Assembly: GCA_963777505.1 (NCBI GenBank)
Contig: CAVZQN010000004.1
Location: forward strand, 256,001 to 320,000
Reading direction: 5' to 3'
Origin: an uncultured bacterium
Lineage (GTDB): Bacteria; Acidobacteriota; HRBIN11; JAKEFK01
Length of the DNA stretch: 64,000 nt
Below the pieces are notes generated by a model, which was given only the letters and a program-made list of their open reading frames with translations, was not told the origin of the DNA and made no database searches. Made by a program: the position numbers and the translations under genes. Below are positions 11,203 through 21,333 of this stretch, piece by piece (the stretch's first letter is position 1; each line of letters starts with the position of its first letter).

Positions 11203-13158
11203 TTAGCATTTTAGGAGCCAGAGGAATCCCGCTTTAAACATATCTGAGCGCATCATAATGAAGAGATCGTAAATCAAAGTCAGAGCAAATGCTGCATAAA
11301 TCAGAATATTTATTTTACCTGACTGCAAGCGGGCGGGTCTTAGACCCGCCGCCCCTACGCGAGTTGCACTCAGAAGACCAAGACAAAGGAATGATTCATA
11401 ACTCAGGCGCTCAACATTCGAAACATCAATCCATACTTTTTCGTACGATAGTGACAGCGCAAGAAAGACATAAATAGCGCCTATCAGGCCAAGTGTATTT
11501 TTGGTTCGTAAGTACGTATATAGACAGACGCCCATCACAATCACAAGAAGGATTGGCAATCGGAATGCCTGAAGTTCAATTCCTTCGGTGTATGTTCCTG
11601 CGAAGAGCTTGCTGTACATTTGAACAATGCCGGCAAATGGTAATCCGGTAGTTTCCGGTTCCATGAAAAATGCTTTCCATCCATCCACATGATAAAGAGC
11701 AATCGCTATGTAACTGCGCCACGCTATATAAGGAAGAAGTGATGCTGCAAGAATAAACGCAGACTTACGTGTGCTTGTTTTTAGTTCGAAAGCCGCTAAC
11801 ACCAGAACGAACAAAATTGCACTCTCACGCGTAAGAATTGCCATTGAAAAGAAGGTTGCAGCAAGCACGTACCGTTTTGTTAAAGTCAGATAGAACCCGG
11901 CTGCAAGAAATCCTGCAGCGAGCGGTTCAGGTGTTGCGACAGATAGCGAAAGCCAGAATGCAGGAATCAGGAGGCATGTAAGGCCTTCCCAACCGTTCAA
12001 GCCGTTATAGATCGCAATCTTTGAAACGAAAAAGGCGCATAAAGCAGCGCCTGCGATAGTCAGTAACACCATTGCAACTGGATAGTTGAAAGGGTTATTG
12101 ACTGATACTAACTTCGTTAAAACGGGAAACGCAATTCGGCGATATCGAAATGCAGGAGCGTCAATTGGCCGCTGACTCGGATTCGAAGTGATTTGATAGT
12201 GCCTGACAAGCGGGTCGAATGCGATGAAATAAAAAAATTGACCATCATAGCCATTCGAGTCTTCTTTAATCAGCTCTCTTCGAATTTCAGGACGCTCAAA
12301 TAGAATACTGTTTCTTCCAAGAAATTTCTTTGAGATATGAAGGAATCCGCTGAAGTTGCCTTCATACTCATCCAGCTTGACTAACATTCCCCCGGTGAAG
12401 ATTAGACCCACAATCAAAGCAACAATTGCAGGTTTGAATTTCGGAGTTTTACGAATTCTATGCCAGACAATAATCCAAAAGGGAAGGAATGAAATGATCC
12501 AGAGTTTGAAAAAGGTTGAGCTGGAAATCAAAATCTTCTTATTACTGAGATATGGAACAACAAACAATGCTGTAGAAATGAGCATCACAACAATCGCAGG
12601 AACCAATAACTTCTTTGAAAAGTTGGTAGAAAACAACTGAATCGATATCAATAGGGTAGCGAGAAATATTAGAGCCAGGTGAAGAGCTTTAAACTTTGTG
12701 TAATTGTGAAATGCAGGCTCAATAAGAACAGCTTTTAGCCACACAGAAGAGAATCCGAAAACGTTTCGTACTTCTACTGTTTGAAGTTGCCAGTCAGCAT
12801 TCTTTCCTACAATCGTGAGTCTGCATTGCGAACACTTCGCAGTTTCAGGGATCGGTCCAAAATATTTGAAAGTCTCGTCTTTCTCGATGGTAAAGGCTGC
12901 GATTCCGATACCATTTTGACGAACAAAGAAAGCTTGTTTTTTGCCGGAATTGTTTTTGATTCGCAATGCCAAAATTCTTGCATCTTCTGGTCTTGGATTG
13001 GCGTACTGCAATACGGCAATACCATTGTTTGCCGGAGGCGAGGGCCGGGGGAGAAGCTTGAAGCGCAATTTTTCTATATGAGTGTAGACGTACTGATCTG
13101 CAATCAAGCAAGCAATCGCGCCAAATAATAGACTCAGGATCGTGACTCGGAGTTTCAT
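11203..13158 (-). CDS. Polytopic membrane protein, putative GT-C-like cell-surface glycopolymer protein
   Basis: GYDGQFFYFIAFDP and RYRRIAFP motifs, many TM helices, PEPLA and LTRE motifs typical of GT-C-like membrane transferases. Confidence 0.6.
   Translation of the reverse strand: MKLRVTILSLLFGAIACLIADQYVYTHIEKLRFKLLPRPSPPANNGIAVLQYANPRPEDARILALRIKNNSGKKQAFFVRQNGIGIAAFTIEKDETFKYFGPIPETAKCSQCRLTIVGKNADWQLQTVEVRNVFGFSSVWLKAVLIEPAFHNYTKFKALHLALIFLATLLISIQLFSTNFSKKLLVPAIVVMLISTALFVVPYLSNKKILISSSTFFKLWIISFLPFWIIVWHRIRKTPKFKPAIVALIVGLIFTGGMLVKLDEYEGNFSGFLHISKKFLGRNSILFERPEIRRELIKEDSNGYDGQFFYFIAFDPLVRHYQITSNPSQRPIDAPAFRYRRIAFPVLTKLVSVNNPFNYPVAMVLLTIAGAALCAFFVSKIAIYNGLNGWEGLTCLLIPAFWLSLSVATPEPLAAGFLAAGFYLTLTKRYVLAATFFSMAILTRESAILFVLVLAAFELKTSTRKSAFILAASLLPYIAWRSYIAIALYHVDGWKAFFMEPETTGLPFAGIVQMYSKLFAGTYTEGIELQAFRLPILLVIVMGVCLYTYLRTKNTLGLIGAIYVFLALSLSYEKVWIDVSNVERLSYESFLCLGLLSATRVGAAGLRPARLQSGKINILIYAAFALTLIYDLFIMMRSDMFKAGFLWLLKC
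11329..11358. repeat. GTAG-type REP palindrome inside a CDS
   Basis: Perfect 9-bp stem ggcgggtct-t-agacccgcc followed by gcccctac (GTAGGGGC on the minus strand). Confidence 0.6.
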
Positions 13159-13299
13159 TGTCACAACATTATCGTAGTGATCTGTTCGTTTCTAATTTAT
13201 TGTATTAACTAAAGGAATATAGGCTTTCTGATTTCAGTTTGCAGATTGGAATCTTCGTGACTCTGCGGTTAGAGATCGTGTCGTGTTGAAGCGAGAGTG

Positions 13300-13647
13300 T
13301 TAAGAGTTAGCTCTGGCAGCTGTATAGCCTTTGTAGCTTAAGATCAGAACAAGAATGGAAACAACGGCAAGCGCCCCTTGATACGTCCAGTGAGGATCAT
13401 TGAAATAAAATAAAGAATTAGAATACATCTGAAAGTGGAAATAGATCAGAACTGGAATACTCAGCAGGAACGCTTTATGCGGTGCCCTGAAATGAAGAAG
13501 CCCCACTACAATTAAGATGAGGCCTAATCCGGCAGTAGTTTTGGCAGCGAAAGGTGCAAGTTGACCGGGGTGCAGGATCTCATTTACACCAAGTGCTAAT
13601 GAGGCTCCCCCCAAAAGAATCAAAATAATGCCCGCTACGGCTGACAT
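13300..13647 (-). CDS. Small hypothetical membrane protein (about 4 TM)
   Basis: Hydrophobic ORF; start trimmed because the upstream extension is a heptamer repeat. Confidence 0.6.
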   Translation of the reverse strand: MSAVAGIILILLGGASLALGVNEILHPGQLAPFAAKTTAGLGLILIVVGLLHFRAPHKAFLLSIPVLIYFHFQMYSNSLFYFNDPHWTYQGALAVVSILVLILSYKGYTAARANS

Positions 13648-13740
13648 GCTTTTATAAGGATACAGGATACAGGATGCAGGATACAAGATGCCGTATCACG
13701 CATCGCGCATCCCGCATCTCGCGTTTATAATTACAGTTTC

Positions 13741-14763
13741 ATGAAATTAGAAGATTCCCGTTTTCTGAAAGCTTGCCGCAAAGAGAAAGTTGATCGAACG
13801 CCGATCTGGTTGATGAGACAAGCCGGAAGATATATGTCTGAGTATCGGGCTCTGCGCGAGAAACATAGTTTGCTCACACTGTGTAAGACACCAGAGCTTG
13901 CAGCTCAGGTTACATTGCAGCCAATTCAACGTTTCCAGTTTGATGCAGCTATTATTTTTGCCGACATTCTTCTGCCGATCGAACCGATGGGGTTGCAACT
14001 TGAGTTTGCGAAGGGTGAAGGACCTGTCATTCACAATCCAGTAACAACCCAAGAGGATGTAAGCACGCTTGAAATATTCCATCCGCAAGAGAAGCTTCGA
14101 TTTGTTGCAGAGGCAATTCAAATTGTCACTCGCGAATTGAATGGCAAAATTCCGTTAATCGGATTTGCCGGAGCTCCCTTTACGCTTGCAAGTTACATGA
14201 TTGAAGGCGGATATTCGCGTCATTTTTTGAAGACACGAAAGTTCATGCTGTCTAATCCTGACGCATGGAAAAATTTGATGGAAAAGATTACGTCTGTCAC
14301 AGTGGAATATTTACAGATGCAGGTAGAAGCAGGTGCTTCAGCAGTGCAATTGTTTGATAGCTGGGTTGGGGCATTAGGTCCGGAAGATTATCGTAAATTT
14401 GTGATGCCGTATTCGCAAAAAATCTTTCAAAGTATTTCAGTTCCTTCGATTCATTTTTCAACTGGAACGTCAGGGTATCTGGATCTGATTGCACAAGCAG
14501 GTGGAAGCGTCATCAGCATAGACTGGCGAATTCCGCTCGATCGTGCATGGAGTTTTTTTTCAGACCGGGCCATTCAAGGGAATCTTGATCCATCGATACT
14601 GCTGGCTCCATCGCCGGCCGTACTCGATGGCGCTCGCGAAATCCTCACAAAAGCCGGCGGACGCAATGGTCATATCTTTAATCTTGGACATGGTGTCTTT
14701 CCAGAAACACCAATTGAAAATGTTGAGAAGTTAGTTGAAGAAGTACATGGTTTCACAACGTGA
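13741..14763 (+). CDS. hemE: Uroporphyrinogen decarboxylase
   Basis: PIWLMRQAGRY, IFADIL, GAPFTLASY, QLFDSW, FNLGHG. Confidence 0.97.
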   Translation: MKLEDSRFLKACRKEKVDRTPIWLMRQAGRYMSEYRALREKHSLLTLCKTPELAAQVTLQPIQRFQFDAAIIFADILLPIEPMGLQLEFAKGEGPVIHNPVTTQEDVSTLEIFHPQEKLRFVAEAIQIVTRELNGKIPLIGFAGAPFTLASYMIEGGYSRHFLKTRKFMLSNPDAWKNLMEKITSVTVEYLQMQVEAGASAVQLFDSWVGALGPEDYRKFVMPYSQKIFQSISVPSIHFSTGTSGYLDLIAQAGGSVISIDWRIPLDRAWSFFSDRAIQGNLDPSILLAPSPAVLDGAREILTKAGGRNGHIFNLGHGVFPETPIENVEKLVEEVHGFTT

Positions 14764-14783
14764 AACAAGTTTCATAAGGTGAA

Positions 14784-15665
14784 ATGAAAGCAATATTGTT
14801 GATGGCGCACGGTGCGCCTATGACTCTTGATGATGTAGAGCCGTACGTGCTGAACATCCGTCATGGCCGGCCATTGGAACCTGACCGCATGAAGGAAATT
14901 CAGGATCGTTACAAAATTGTAGGCGGATCTCCACTTTTAGAATTGACGTTTAATCAAGCCGCAGCTTTGCAAAATAAATTAGGCGATGCAGCGAAAGTAT
15001 ATACAGGTATGCGTCATTCTCCGCCTTTTATTGCTGACACGATTTCAAAAATGGGATCTGAAGGGGTTACATCAATCATCGCTATTTGTATGACACCGCA
15101 ATTTTCACAAATGACAATTGGCGCGTATGAAGAGGCTTTGCAAAAAGGAATTTCTGAAACAGGAAGTTCGATCAGTTACGAGCTTGTTAAATCATTTGCA
15201 AGACGTCCTGGCCTAATCCGTGCATTTGCAGCGCGTATTCAAAAAAGCCTTTCCAGTCATCCAGCTTCATTTGTAATCTTTACAGCTCACAGTCTTCCGG
15301 AAAAAATCTTACAACAAGGTGATCCGTATGATTATGAAGTGAAAGAGACCGCAAGACTTGTCGCACAGGAGTTATCGCTATCAGATTGGCGCTTTGCGTA
15401 TCAAAGCCAGGGAATGACTTCAGATAAGTGGCTTGGGCCTGCAGTGGAATCTCGGATCGAAGAACTTCATGCGAAAGGTGTGCGTGAGATTTTGATCGCA
15501 CCAATCGGATTCGTTTGCGATAATGTCGAAATTTTATATGACATTGATGTGATGTTCCGCAAGTATGCGCAAGAGCGCGAGATGATTCTGCATCGTGCTG
15601 CCTCGCTGAATGATTCATCTGACTTGATTCATTTGCTTCACGAACTCGTACGCGAGCGGCTGTGA
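14784..15665 (+). CDS. hemH: Ferrochelatase (probably coproporphyrin type)
   Basis: RY..GGSPL, FTAHSLP, DPY, YQS...WLGP, GFVCDNVEILYDID. Confidence 0.93.
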   Translation: MKAILLMAHGAPMTLDDVEPYVLNIRHGRPLEPDRMKEIQDRYKIVGGSPLLELTFNQAAALQNKLGDAAKVYTGMRHSPPFIADTISKMGSEGVTSIIAICMTPQFSQMTIGAYEEALQKGISETGSSISYELVKSFARRPGLIRAFAARIQKSLSSHPASFVIFTAHSLPEKILQQGDPYDYEVKETARLVAQELSLSDWRFAYQSQGMTSDKWLGPAVESRIEELHAKGVREILIAPIGFVCDNVEILYDIDVMFRKYAQEREMILHRAASLNDSSDLIHLLHELVRERL

Positions 15666-16981
15666 CTTCAGTCGCGATTCTGGGAGCTGGCATCTCAGGA
15701 CTCTCCACTGCTTTTTATCTCAATCGCCAGAATAAGAATTTTCAGATTACAGTTTTTGATAAGAATCAGACTCCTGGTGGTGTCGTTAAAACCGAACAAA
15801 TCGACGGTTTCGTTCTGGAAGCGGGCCCGGATTCATTCTTAACTCAAAAACATGCCGGATTTGAAGTTGCTGCAGATCTCGGTTTAAGCAATGAATTGAT
15901 GGGCTCTCGTGATGAGCTTCGAAAAACTTTCATCTTTCATGAAGGAAAACTGAAGTTACTGCCTGAAGGAATGTTTCTAATGGTTCCTGCAGCACCTCTA
16001 GCGTTTCTGAGGTCGGAGTTGATTTCATGGTACGGAAAATTTTCAGCATTGAAGGATTTATTCACACTGCCTGACAGATCAGATCTCAGCGTGGCTGATT
16101 GGGTTGAAAAAAGGTTTGGAACTGAGGTACTTCATCAAATTGCAGATCCACTTTTGGCAGGAATCTACGGCAGCGATAGCAATCAGTTAAGCGTTGTGAG
16201 TGCTCTTCCGCAGATTTGGGAACTTCAAAAGCGAGGGAGTGTCATTTTGCAATCGATGAATCGGAGAAAGGAACTGGCAAAGCAGAGTCTGTTTACAACC
16301 TACAAAAGAGGTATGCAAACTTTGATCGATGCATTCATGCATGAGTTGCAAGGTCATCAGTTTCATTTTGGGTCTGAAGTCGATCGGGTTGAAAAGAGAA
16401 ATGGAAAATGGTGGATCAATGATCAAGGGTATGATGTGGTCGTTCTTTCATCATCCTCAGTTCCGAAGCTTGTTTCGCAATATGGAGAAGAAATTCGAGA
16501 GCGTGTGAATGCTGTTAAGAAAAATTCTGCAATCGTGATTCTTCTTGCGTTTAAGAGCATTGAGCGAAAAGGATTTGGCTGGCTGGTTCCGGCTACGGAG
16601 CGGAAATTTGCGCTTGCCTGTACATACATCAGCAATAAATTTGCAAATAGATGCCCGCCGAATCATTTGCTGTTGCGTGTTTTTGTGGGAGGTTCACAAG
16701 CAGAAAAATGGCTTGAAGAGCCGGATGATGACCTCATCGAAAAAGCTTTATGGGATTTGAAACGGATCGCAAAAATTGATGATGTGCCTGTTCTTTCCAG
16801 AGTTTATCGATGGCGTTCGGCGATGCCAGAATATGCTGTCGGTCATCAGCAACGGATTGCAGCCATCAAAAATCTCGCTAAACTCGAAGGATCATTATTA
16901 ATTGCAAATAATCTGATGCGCGGAGTTGGTATTCCGGATTGCATCGTTCAAGCGAAAGAAATTTCTGAGTCTTTGCGGTAA
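15662..16981 (+). CDS. hemG: HemY-type copro/protoporphyrinogen oxidase
   Basis: GAGISGL FAD motif, EAGPDSFL, PLLAGIY, MPEYAVGH, GVGIPDCI. Confidence 0.9.
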   Translation: MTSVAILGAGISGLSTAFYLNRQNKNFQITVFDKNQTPGGVVKTEQIDGFVLEAGPDSFLTQKHAGFEVAADLGLSNELMGSRDELRKTFIFHEGKLKLLPEGMFLMVPAAPLAFLRSELISWYGKFSALKDLFTLPDRSDLSVADWVEKRFGTEVLHQIADPLLAGIYGSDSNQLSVVSALPQIWELQKRGSVILQSMNRRKELAKQSLFTTYKRGMQTLIDAFMHELQGHQFHFGSEVDRVEKRNGKWWINDQGYDVVVLSSSSVPKLVSQYGEEIRERVNAVKKNSAIVILLAFKSIERKGFGWLVPATERKFALACTYISNKFANRCPPNHLLLRVFVGGSQAEKWLEEPDDDLIEKALWDLKRIAKIDDVPVLSRVYRWRSAMPEYAVGHQQRIAAIKNLAKLEGSLLIANNLMRGVGIPDCIVQAKEISESLR

Positions 16982-17029
16982 AAAATCTCTGTGCCTTTAC
17001 GGTAGAATCTCTGAGTCTTTGCGGTAATT

Positions 17030-18835
17030 ATGTCCTACGAAAAAGAATTACGAACTGTACTAGATATTGTGCAAGAAGCAGGCGAACTGCTTCGCCGTGA
17101 GTTTCATCGTTGGGGCGGACCGCGCGGACATTCTGGTCATGCAGAAGTTGATGAAGAGGCCGAGTGGTTGATCCGGAAGCGATTGCTCTCCGAATTTCCC
17201 AACTACAGATATCGCGGTGAAGAAACTGGCTCTGTTGCGACTCAAGATCCGCATGTTTGGCTTGTGGATCCAAACGATGGGACATCGGCCTACTTGCGCG
17301 GTGCAAGAGGCAGCGCAGTTTCCGTTGCATTGGTCCGTGCCGGGATTCCTGTTTTAGGTGTTGTCTATGCTTTTGTTGCACCCGATGATCGCGGGGATCT
17401 GATTTATTGGGCAGAAGGATTTGAACTGGCCCGCAATGGTGAGCCGATCAAACCAAACTGGAATGCTCCACGTAAATCGCAGACTGTGCTTTTGGTTTCG
17501 ATGCACAGAGAAAACATGATTCCGGAATTGTTGGAGTGTATTCATCCGTATCGTTACATTGCATCGCCAAGTATTGCGTATCGACTTGCATTGGCAGCGG
17601 CAGGTGATAGTGCTGCTGCAGTCTCCTGGCACAATCCGGGCGATTGGGATTTCGCAGGTGGTCATGCGCTCCTTCGCGGAGCGGGTGGTGTTTTTTGGGA
17701 CGATAGAGGCCAGGAAATTTCGTACAGTCCCGATGGTGAAAGCAAAGCGCAGCGATGTTTTGGTGGTGATGTTCGTGTAGTTCGTGATCTCCTAAAACTA
17801 AAATGGGAGAGATTGCAAACTGCACATACGCGAAACACAATCATAAAGCCGCGCACTTTATACATGTTCAGCAGACCGAAGGCTGGTAAAGCACTCTGGA
17901 ATCCAGGATTGCTTTCGCGCGCACAAGGTTGTCTTTTTGGACAATGCACCGGGGATGCATTGGGACAGCAAGTAGAATTTCTTGACCCTCAAACAATACG
18001 TTCAAAATTTCCAGAAGGACTGCGAACGATGGATGATGGCGGCACGTGGAATTCTCTCGCAGGACAAATTACAGATGATTCCGAAATGGCACTACTGCTT
18101 GCGCGGACCATTATTCAGGAAGAGCGATATGATGCAGAAAAAGTTGCGCAAGCATATCAATACTGGTTTCATGAAACATCTCCGTTTGATGTAGGCAACA
18201 CAATCGGCGCAGCATTGCGGAATACACCTAATCCAGAAAGCCAGGCGAATGGCTCGCTCATGCGGATTAGTCCGCTCGGTATCTATGGTTACAGAATGTC
18301 GATTGAACGGCTGTGGTATTTGGCTTGTCTTGAAAGTGTCCTAACGCATCCCAATCCGGTTTGTCAGCAAGCTTGCGCGCTTTTTGTTTGTGCTATTGCG
18401 AATGCAATCGAATCGGGAAGAACTCCGCAAGAGATATACGAGTTTGCACTAAACCTCGCAACTCAACAGAATGTTGAGGCCGTTTTATTAAACGCTTTGC
18501 AGAATGCTCAAACGAACGTTCCGGAAGTGACTTCTCAGCAAGGGTGGGTGATCAACGCATTTCAAAATGCGTTTTATCAGCTTCTACATTGCTCCTCAGC
18601 GGAAGAGGCAATCATCAACACAACTGCATTAGGCGGCGATACAGATACAAATGCGGCTATCGCGGGCGCACTTTGTGGTTCTGTTTTCGGCCGTGAATCA
18701 ATTCCATTTTTCTGGCGGCAAATGGTCCTGAGTTGCCGTCCGCATCCAATGGTTGGTTCACAGCATGCACGTCCATTGTGTTTATGGCCGTCTGATATTC
18801 CAATGCTCGCAGAACGACTATTGCTCTGTGGATAA
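17030..18835 (+). CDS. Inositol-monophosphatase/CysQ-like domain fused to ADP-ribosylglycohydrolase
   Basis: N-half GEE, WLVDPNDGT, WDFAGG; C-half GDALG, TDDSE, ANGSLMR, THP, GGDTDTNAAIAG. Confidence 0.88.
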   Translation: MSYEKELRTVLDIVQEAGELLRREFHRWGGPRGHSGHAEVDEEAEWLIRKRLLSEFPNYRYRGEETGSVATQDPHVWLVDPNDGTSAYLRGARGSAVSVALVRAGIPVLGVVYAFVAPDDRGDLIYWAEGFELARNGEPIKPNWNAPRKSQTVLLVSMHRENMIPELLECIHPYRYIASPSIAYRLALAAAGDSAAAVSWHNPGDWDFAGGHALLRGAGGVFWDDRGQEISYSPDGESKAQRCFGGDVRVVRDLLKLKWERLQTAHTRNTIIKPRTLYMFSRPKAGKALWNPGLLSRAQGCLFGQCTGDALGQQVEFLDPQTIRSKFPEGLRTMDDGGTWNSLAGQITDDSEMALLLARTIIQEERYDAEKVAQAYQYWFHETSPFDVGNTIGAALRNTPNPESQANGSLMRISPLGIYGYRMSIERLWYLACLESVLTHPNPVCQQACALFVCAIANAIESGRTPQEIYEFALNLATQQNVEAVLLNALQNAQTNVPEVTSQQGWVINAFQNAFYQLLHCSSAEEAIINTTALGGDTDTNAAIAGALCGSVFGRESIPFFWRQMVLSCRPHPMVGSQHARPLCLWPSDIPMLAERLLLCG

Positions 18836-18839
18836 TCTA

Positions 18840-18969
18840 TTTGTAGTTAGGCACGCTCCCGAGCGAATGCGAGGCAGCGCCGTAAAAAGACTCATAAGCA
18901 TTGCTCAATTCGACGACCGCGCAGATCCACGGCACTGTCGCCTTCGGCGATTGCGTGCCTTACTACAAA
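18840..18969. repeat. 130-bp REPIN/MITE-like element with terminal inverted repeats
   Basis: tttgtagttaggcacgc ... gcgtgccttactacaaa (16/17 complementary), GTAG near each end. Confidence 0.75.
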
Positions 18970-19035
18970 CCTAACAAAAGATAGGGACACATCCAAGAGT
19001 GATGAAGTAAAATCAGTTAGAAATGAGGATTCAAT

Positions 19036-20673
19036 ATGCGAAATAAATCTTTTCTCTGGATGTGCTTTTCTCTAGTTTTTTCTTTTTGTTGCAGCGAGTA
19101 TGCTCTTACACAATCTGATCCGCATGCTGGATGTGCAGCACCACCAAGTTATATTCCTGGGGATCTACTTCAGCGCGAAGCTCCCCTCCGAACAGGGACT
19201 GGCAATTCGCACGATACGATCACAACTTCATCGAAAGAAGCACAAGCATTTTATGATCAAGGTGTGAACTATCTGGATGCGTATGTATGGATTGAAGCAT
19301 CTCGATCGTTTCATCAAGCATTACGTCATGATCCTTCTTTAGCGATGGCCTATCTTGGATTGAGTTATGTGAATTCGGGGATAGAAAATGCTGATGCTGC
19401 AAAAGAATTTCTGGAGAAAGCAAAATCATTTGCATCCAATGTGAGCGATTATGAAAAGCGTCGAATTGAAATTCGTGAGAAACAACTGGCAGCATTGGAT
19501 AGTATTGAAGATGTCTCAAAACATCTCGCATATAAAAAAGCGATCGATGATGCATTGGCAAAACATCTTGCGAGTCCGCATCTCTGGATTCAACGTGGAA
19601 ATGCTGAAGAATCCACTGCCGCAGGCAGGGGACAGCGTGGCACTGCAGCCTCTGTCGCTTTTTATCAAATGGCTCTTCGTTTGGAACCAGAAAATGGTGC
19701 AGCCCATCATTTCTTAATACACAGTTATGAAACGATCGGCGATATTGAGAAAGCCTTGGTACATGGTGAAACTTGGGCGCGTCTTGCACCCGCAATTCCA
19801 CATGCTGCGCATATGTGGGGACATGATCTGAGACGCGTTGGCCGTGTAGATGAAGCAATTGTTCAATTTCAGAAAACGGATGCTCTGGAGCGTGCTTATT
19901 ACAAATCCGAAAACATAGATTCAAGTTTTGATTGGCATCATGGTCATAATCTTGATCTTCTTGCGACGTGTTATGAACACAAAGGCCAAATTCATTCCGC
20001 AGAAAAGTTGGCCCGTGAAGCTTCCAATACTCCTGCACTGGATGCGTATTCTGCATTTCGGCACAGAGAACTGCCAAGTTTTCTAATCCGCCGCGAACGA
20101 TATCAGGAAGCTGTTGATGCAGCGCGAATTATGACGCAATCAAAACATCCACAGGCACGAACTGCAGGTTATGCTCTTGCCGGCCAGGCTCTCATTGGAC
20201 TTGGAAAAATTCAAGAAGCAGAACAAGCGTTCGATCAAGCACGTAAGGAACTTGAGTCGATTCCTCGCGTTACGCCAGGCGTTATTCCCAACCGCGCGAT
20301 TGTTCAGCCATGGGTTGATGCTTTGCAAGGTGAACTGCTTTTAAAGAAAGGCAATGTCGAAGAAGGCCGCAAAATTTTGAAAGATGTACAGCGTGCGCTG
20401 CGAGCCACTCCAGGTCCGGATGCATGGATTCAAACACTTTTTCGACTTGAATCCATCGCACGTTCAGCAAGAGATTCCAATGATTGGGATCTTGCTGAAT
20501 ACACCGCTCTCCAAATGCTTGAGCATGATGAAGCGTATGGCGGAAGTCATCTAGCAATGGCGCTGGTGTTGGAAAAGAAAGGCGATGCGCAAGGTGCCGC
20601 CCGTGAGTTTCAGGCGGCCAAGCGATACTGGCAACAAGCCGACCCCGAAATCGTAAAACTAACAAAGAATTAA
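19036..20673 (+). CDS. Exported TPR-repeat protein with His-rich motifs
   Basis: Signal peptide, AQAFYDQG, AHHFLIH, PHAAHMWGH, HHGHN. Confidence 0.75.
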   Translation: MRNKSFLWMCFSLVFSFCCSEYALTQSDPHAGCAAPPSYIPGDLLQREAPLRTGTGNSHDTITTSSKEAQAFYDQGVNYLDAYVWIEASRSFHQALRHDPSLAMAYLGLSYVNSGIENADAAKEFLEKAKSFASNVSDYEKRRIEIREKQLAALDSIEDVSKHLAYKKAIDDALAKHLASPHLWIQRGNAEESTAAGRGQRGTAASVAFYQMALRLEPENGAAHHFLIHSYETIGDIEKALVHGETWARLAPAIPHAAHMWGHDLRRVGRVDEAIVQFQKTDALERAYYKSENIDSSFDWHHGHNLDLLATCYEHKGQIHSAEKLAREASNTPALDAYSAFRHRELPSFLIRRERYQEAVDAARIMTQSKHPQARTAGYALAGQALIGLGKIQEAEQAFDQARKELESIPRVTPGVIPNRAIVQPWVDALQGELLLKKGNVEEGRKILKDVQRALRATPGPDAWIQTLFRLESIARSARDSNDWDLAEYTALQMLEHDEAYGGSHLAMALVLEKKGDAQGAAREFQAAKRYWQQADPEIVKLTKN

Positions 20674-20718
20674 CCGCCTTGGCGTCTTGGCGGTTGAGCT
20701 TCTGAGCTACAATAAGCT

Positions 20719-21333
20719 ATGCCGTCCAGAAATGAACGGATAGGCTCCGTCGTTCAGCAAGGCATCGTCCTCTTCTCGCGATTATTGCCTTTTCCAGCTT
20801 CAACGCTGGTTTCCGCAATCGCTGCAGCTGTTGTCACAAAAATTTTGGATCAACACGAACAACGTGTTTCCGAAGTTCTAAGTAGTGAACTTTCTGCCAG
20901 CCACATTTCATATGTAAATCCGGATGATGCTGAAATGCTCGCATTCTTTGAAAAGAATTTTCTCTTTCCTGAACTCCGATCGGAATTTGAGCCGGAGCTT
21001 AATTCAGGAAACATCACAAGACTTCGCGAACTGTATCCATATATTTATTCGGCCTTGATTCTTGAACGCCAGGTGCCGGCACTGTTGTTCCATGAAGAAA
21101 TCAAACAGAAGAAGTATCGAGAACTTGCTTTGCGATATGAAGAGTTAAGCCGCGGGTATACCGCAATTGAAGGAAACGCGGAACTTGAGACAAAGATCAA
21201 CCGGTTTGCTGGAGAATTGCTTGTTGTTCTGGATGCTGCCTATGAAGCCTTCAGGAAAGAAAAGAAAGTTGATAAAAACGAAATGATTTACGAGATCATT
21301 GATATAGTCCGGGAGATTGCAAAAAAAGAATGA
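20719..21333 (+). CDS. Hypothetical protein
   Basis: 204-aa ORF overlapping the next gene (ATGA). Confidence 0.65.
   Translation: MPSRNERIGSVVQQGIVLFSRLLPFPASTLVSAIAAAVVTKILDQHEQRVSEVLSSELSASHISYVNPDDAEMLAFFEKNFLFPELRSEFEPELNSGNITRLRELYPYIYSALILERQVPALLFHEEIKQKKYRELALRYEELSRGYTAIEGNAELETKINRFAGELLVVLDAAYEAFRKEKKVDKNEMIYEIIDIVREIAKKE

Noticed and set aside
13657-13722. Short tandem repeats (also 22947-23013 and 33261-33500) as a CRISPR array
   Set aside because: Units are 7-9 bp without unique spacers, and no cas genes are present
19220-20077. 285-aa antisense ORF, and similar shadow ORFs throughout the track
   Set aside because: Fully overlaps a coherent gene on the opposite strand and has no recognisable motifs
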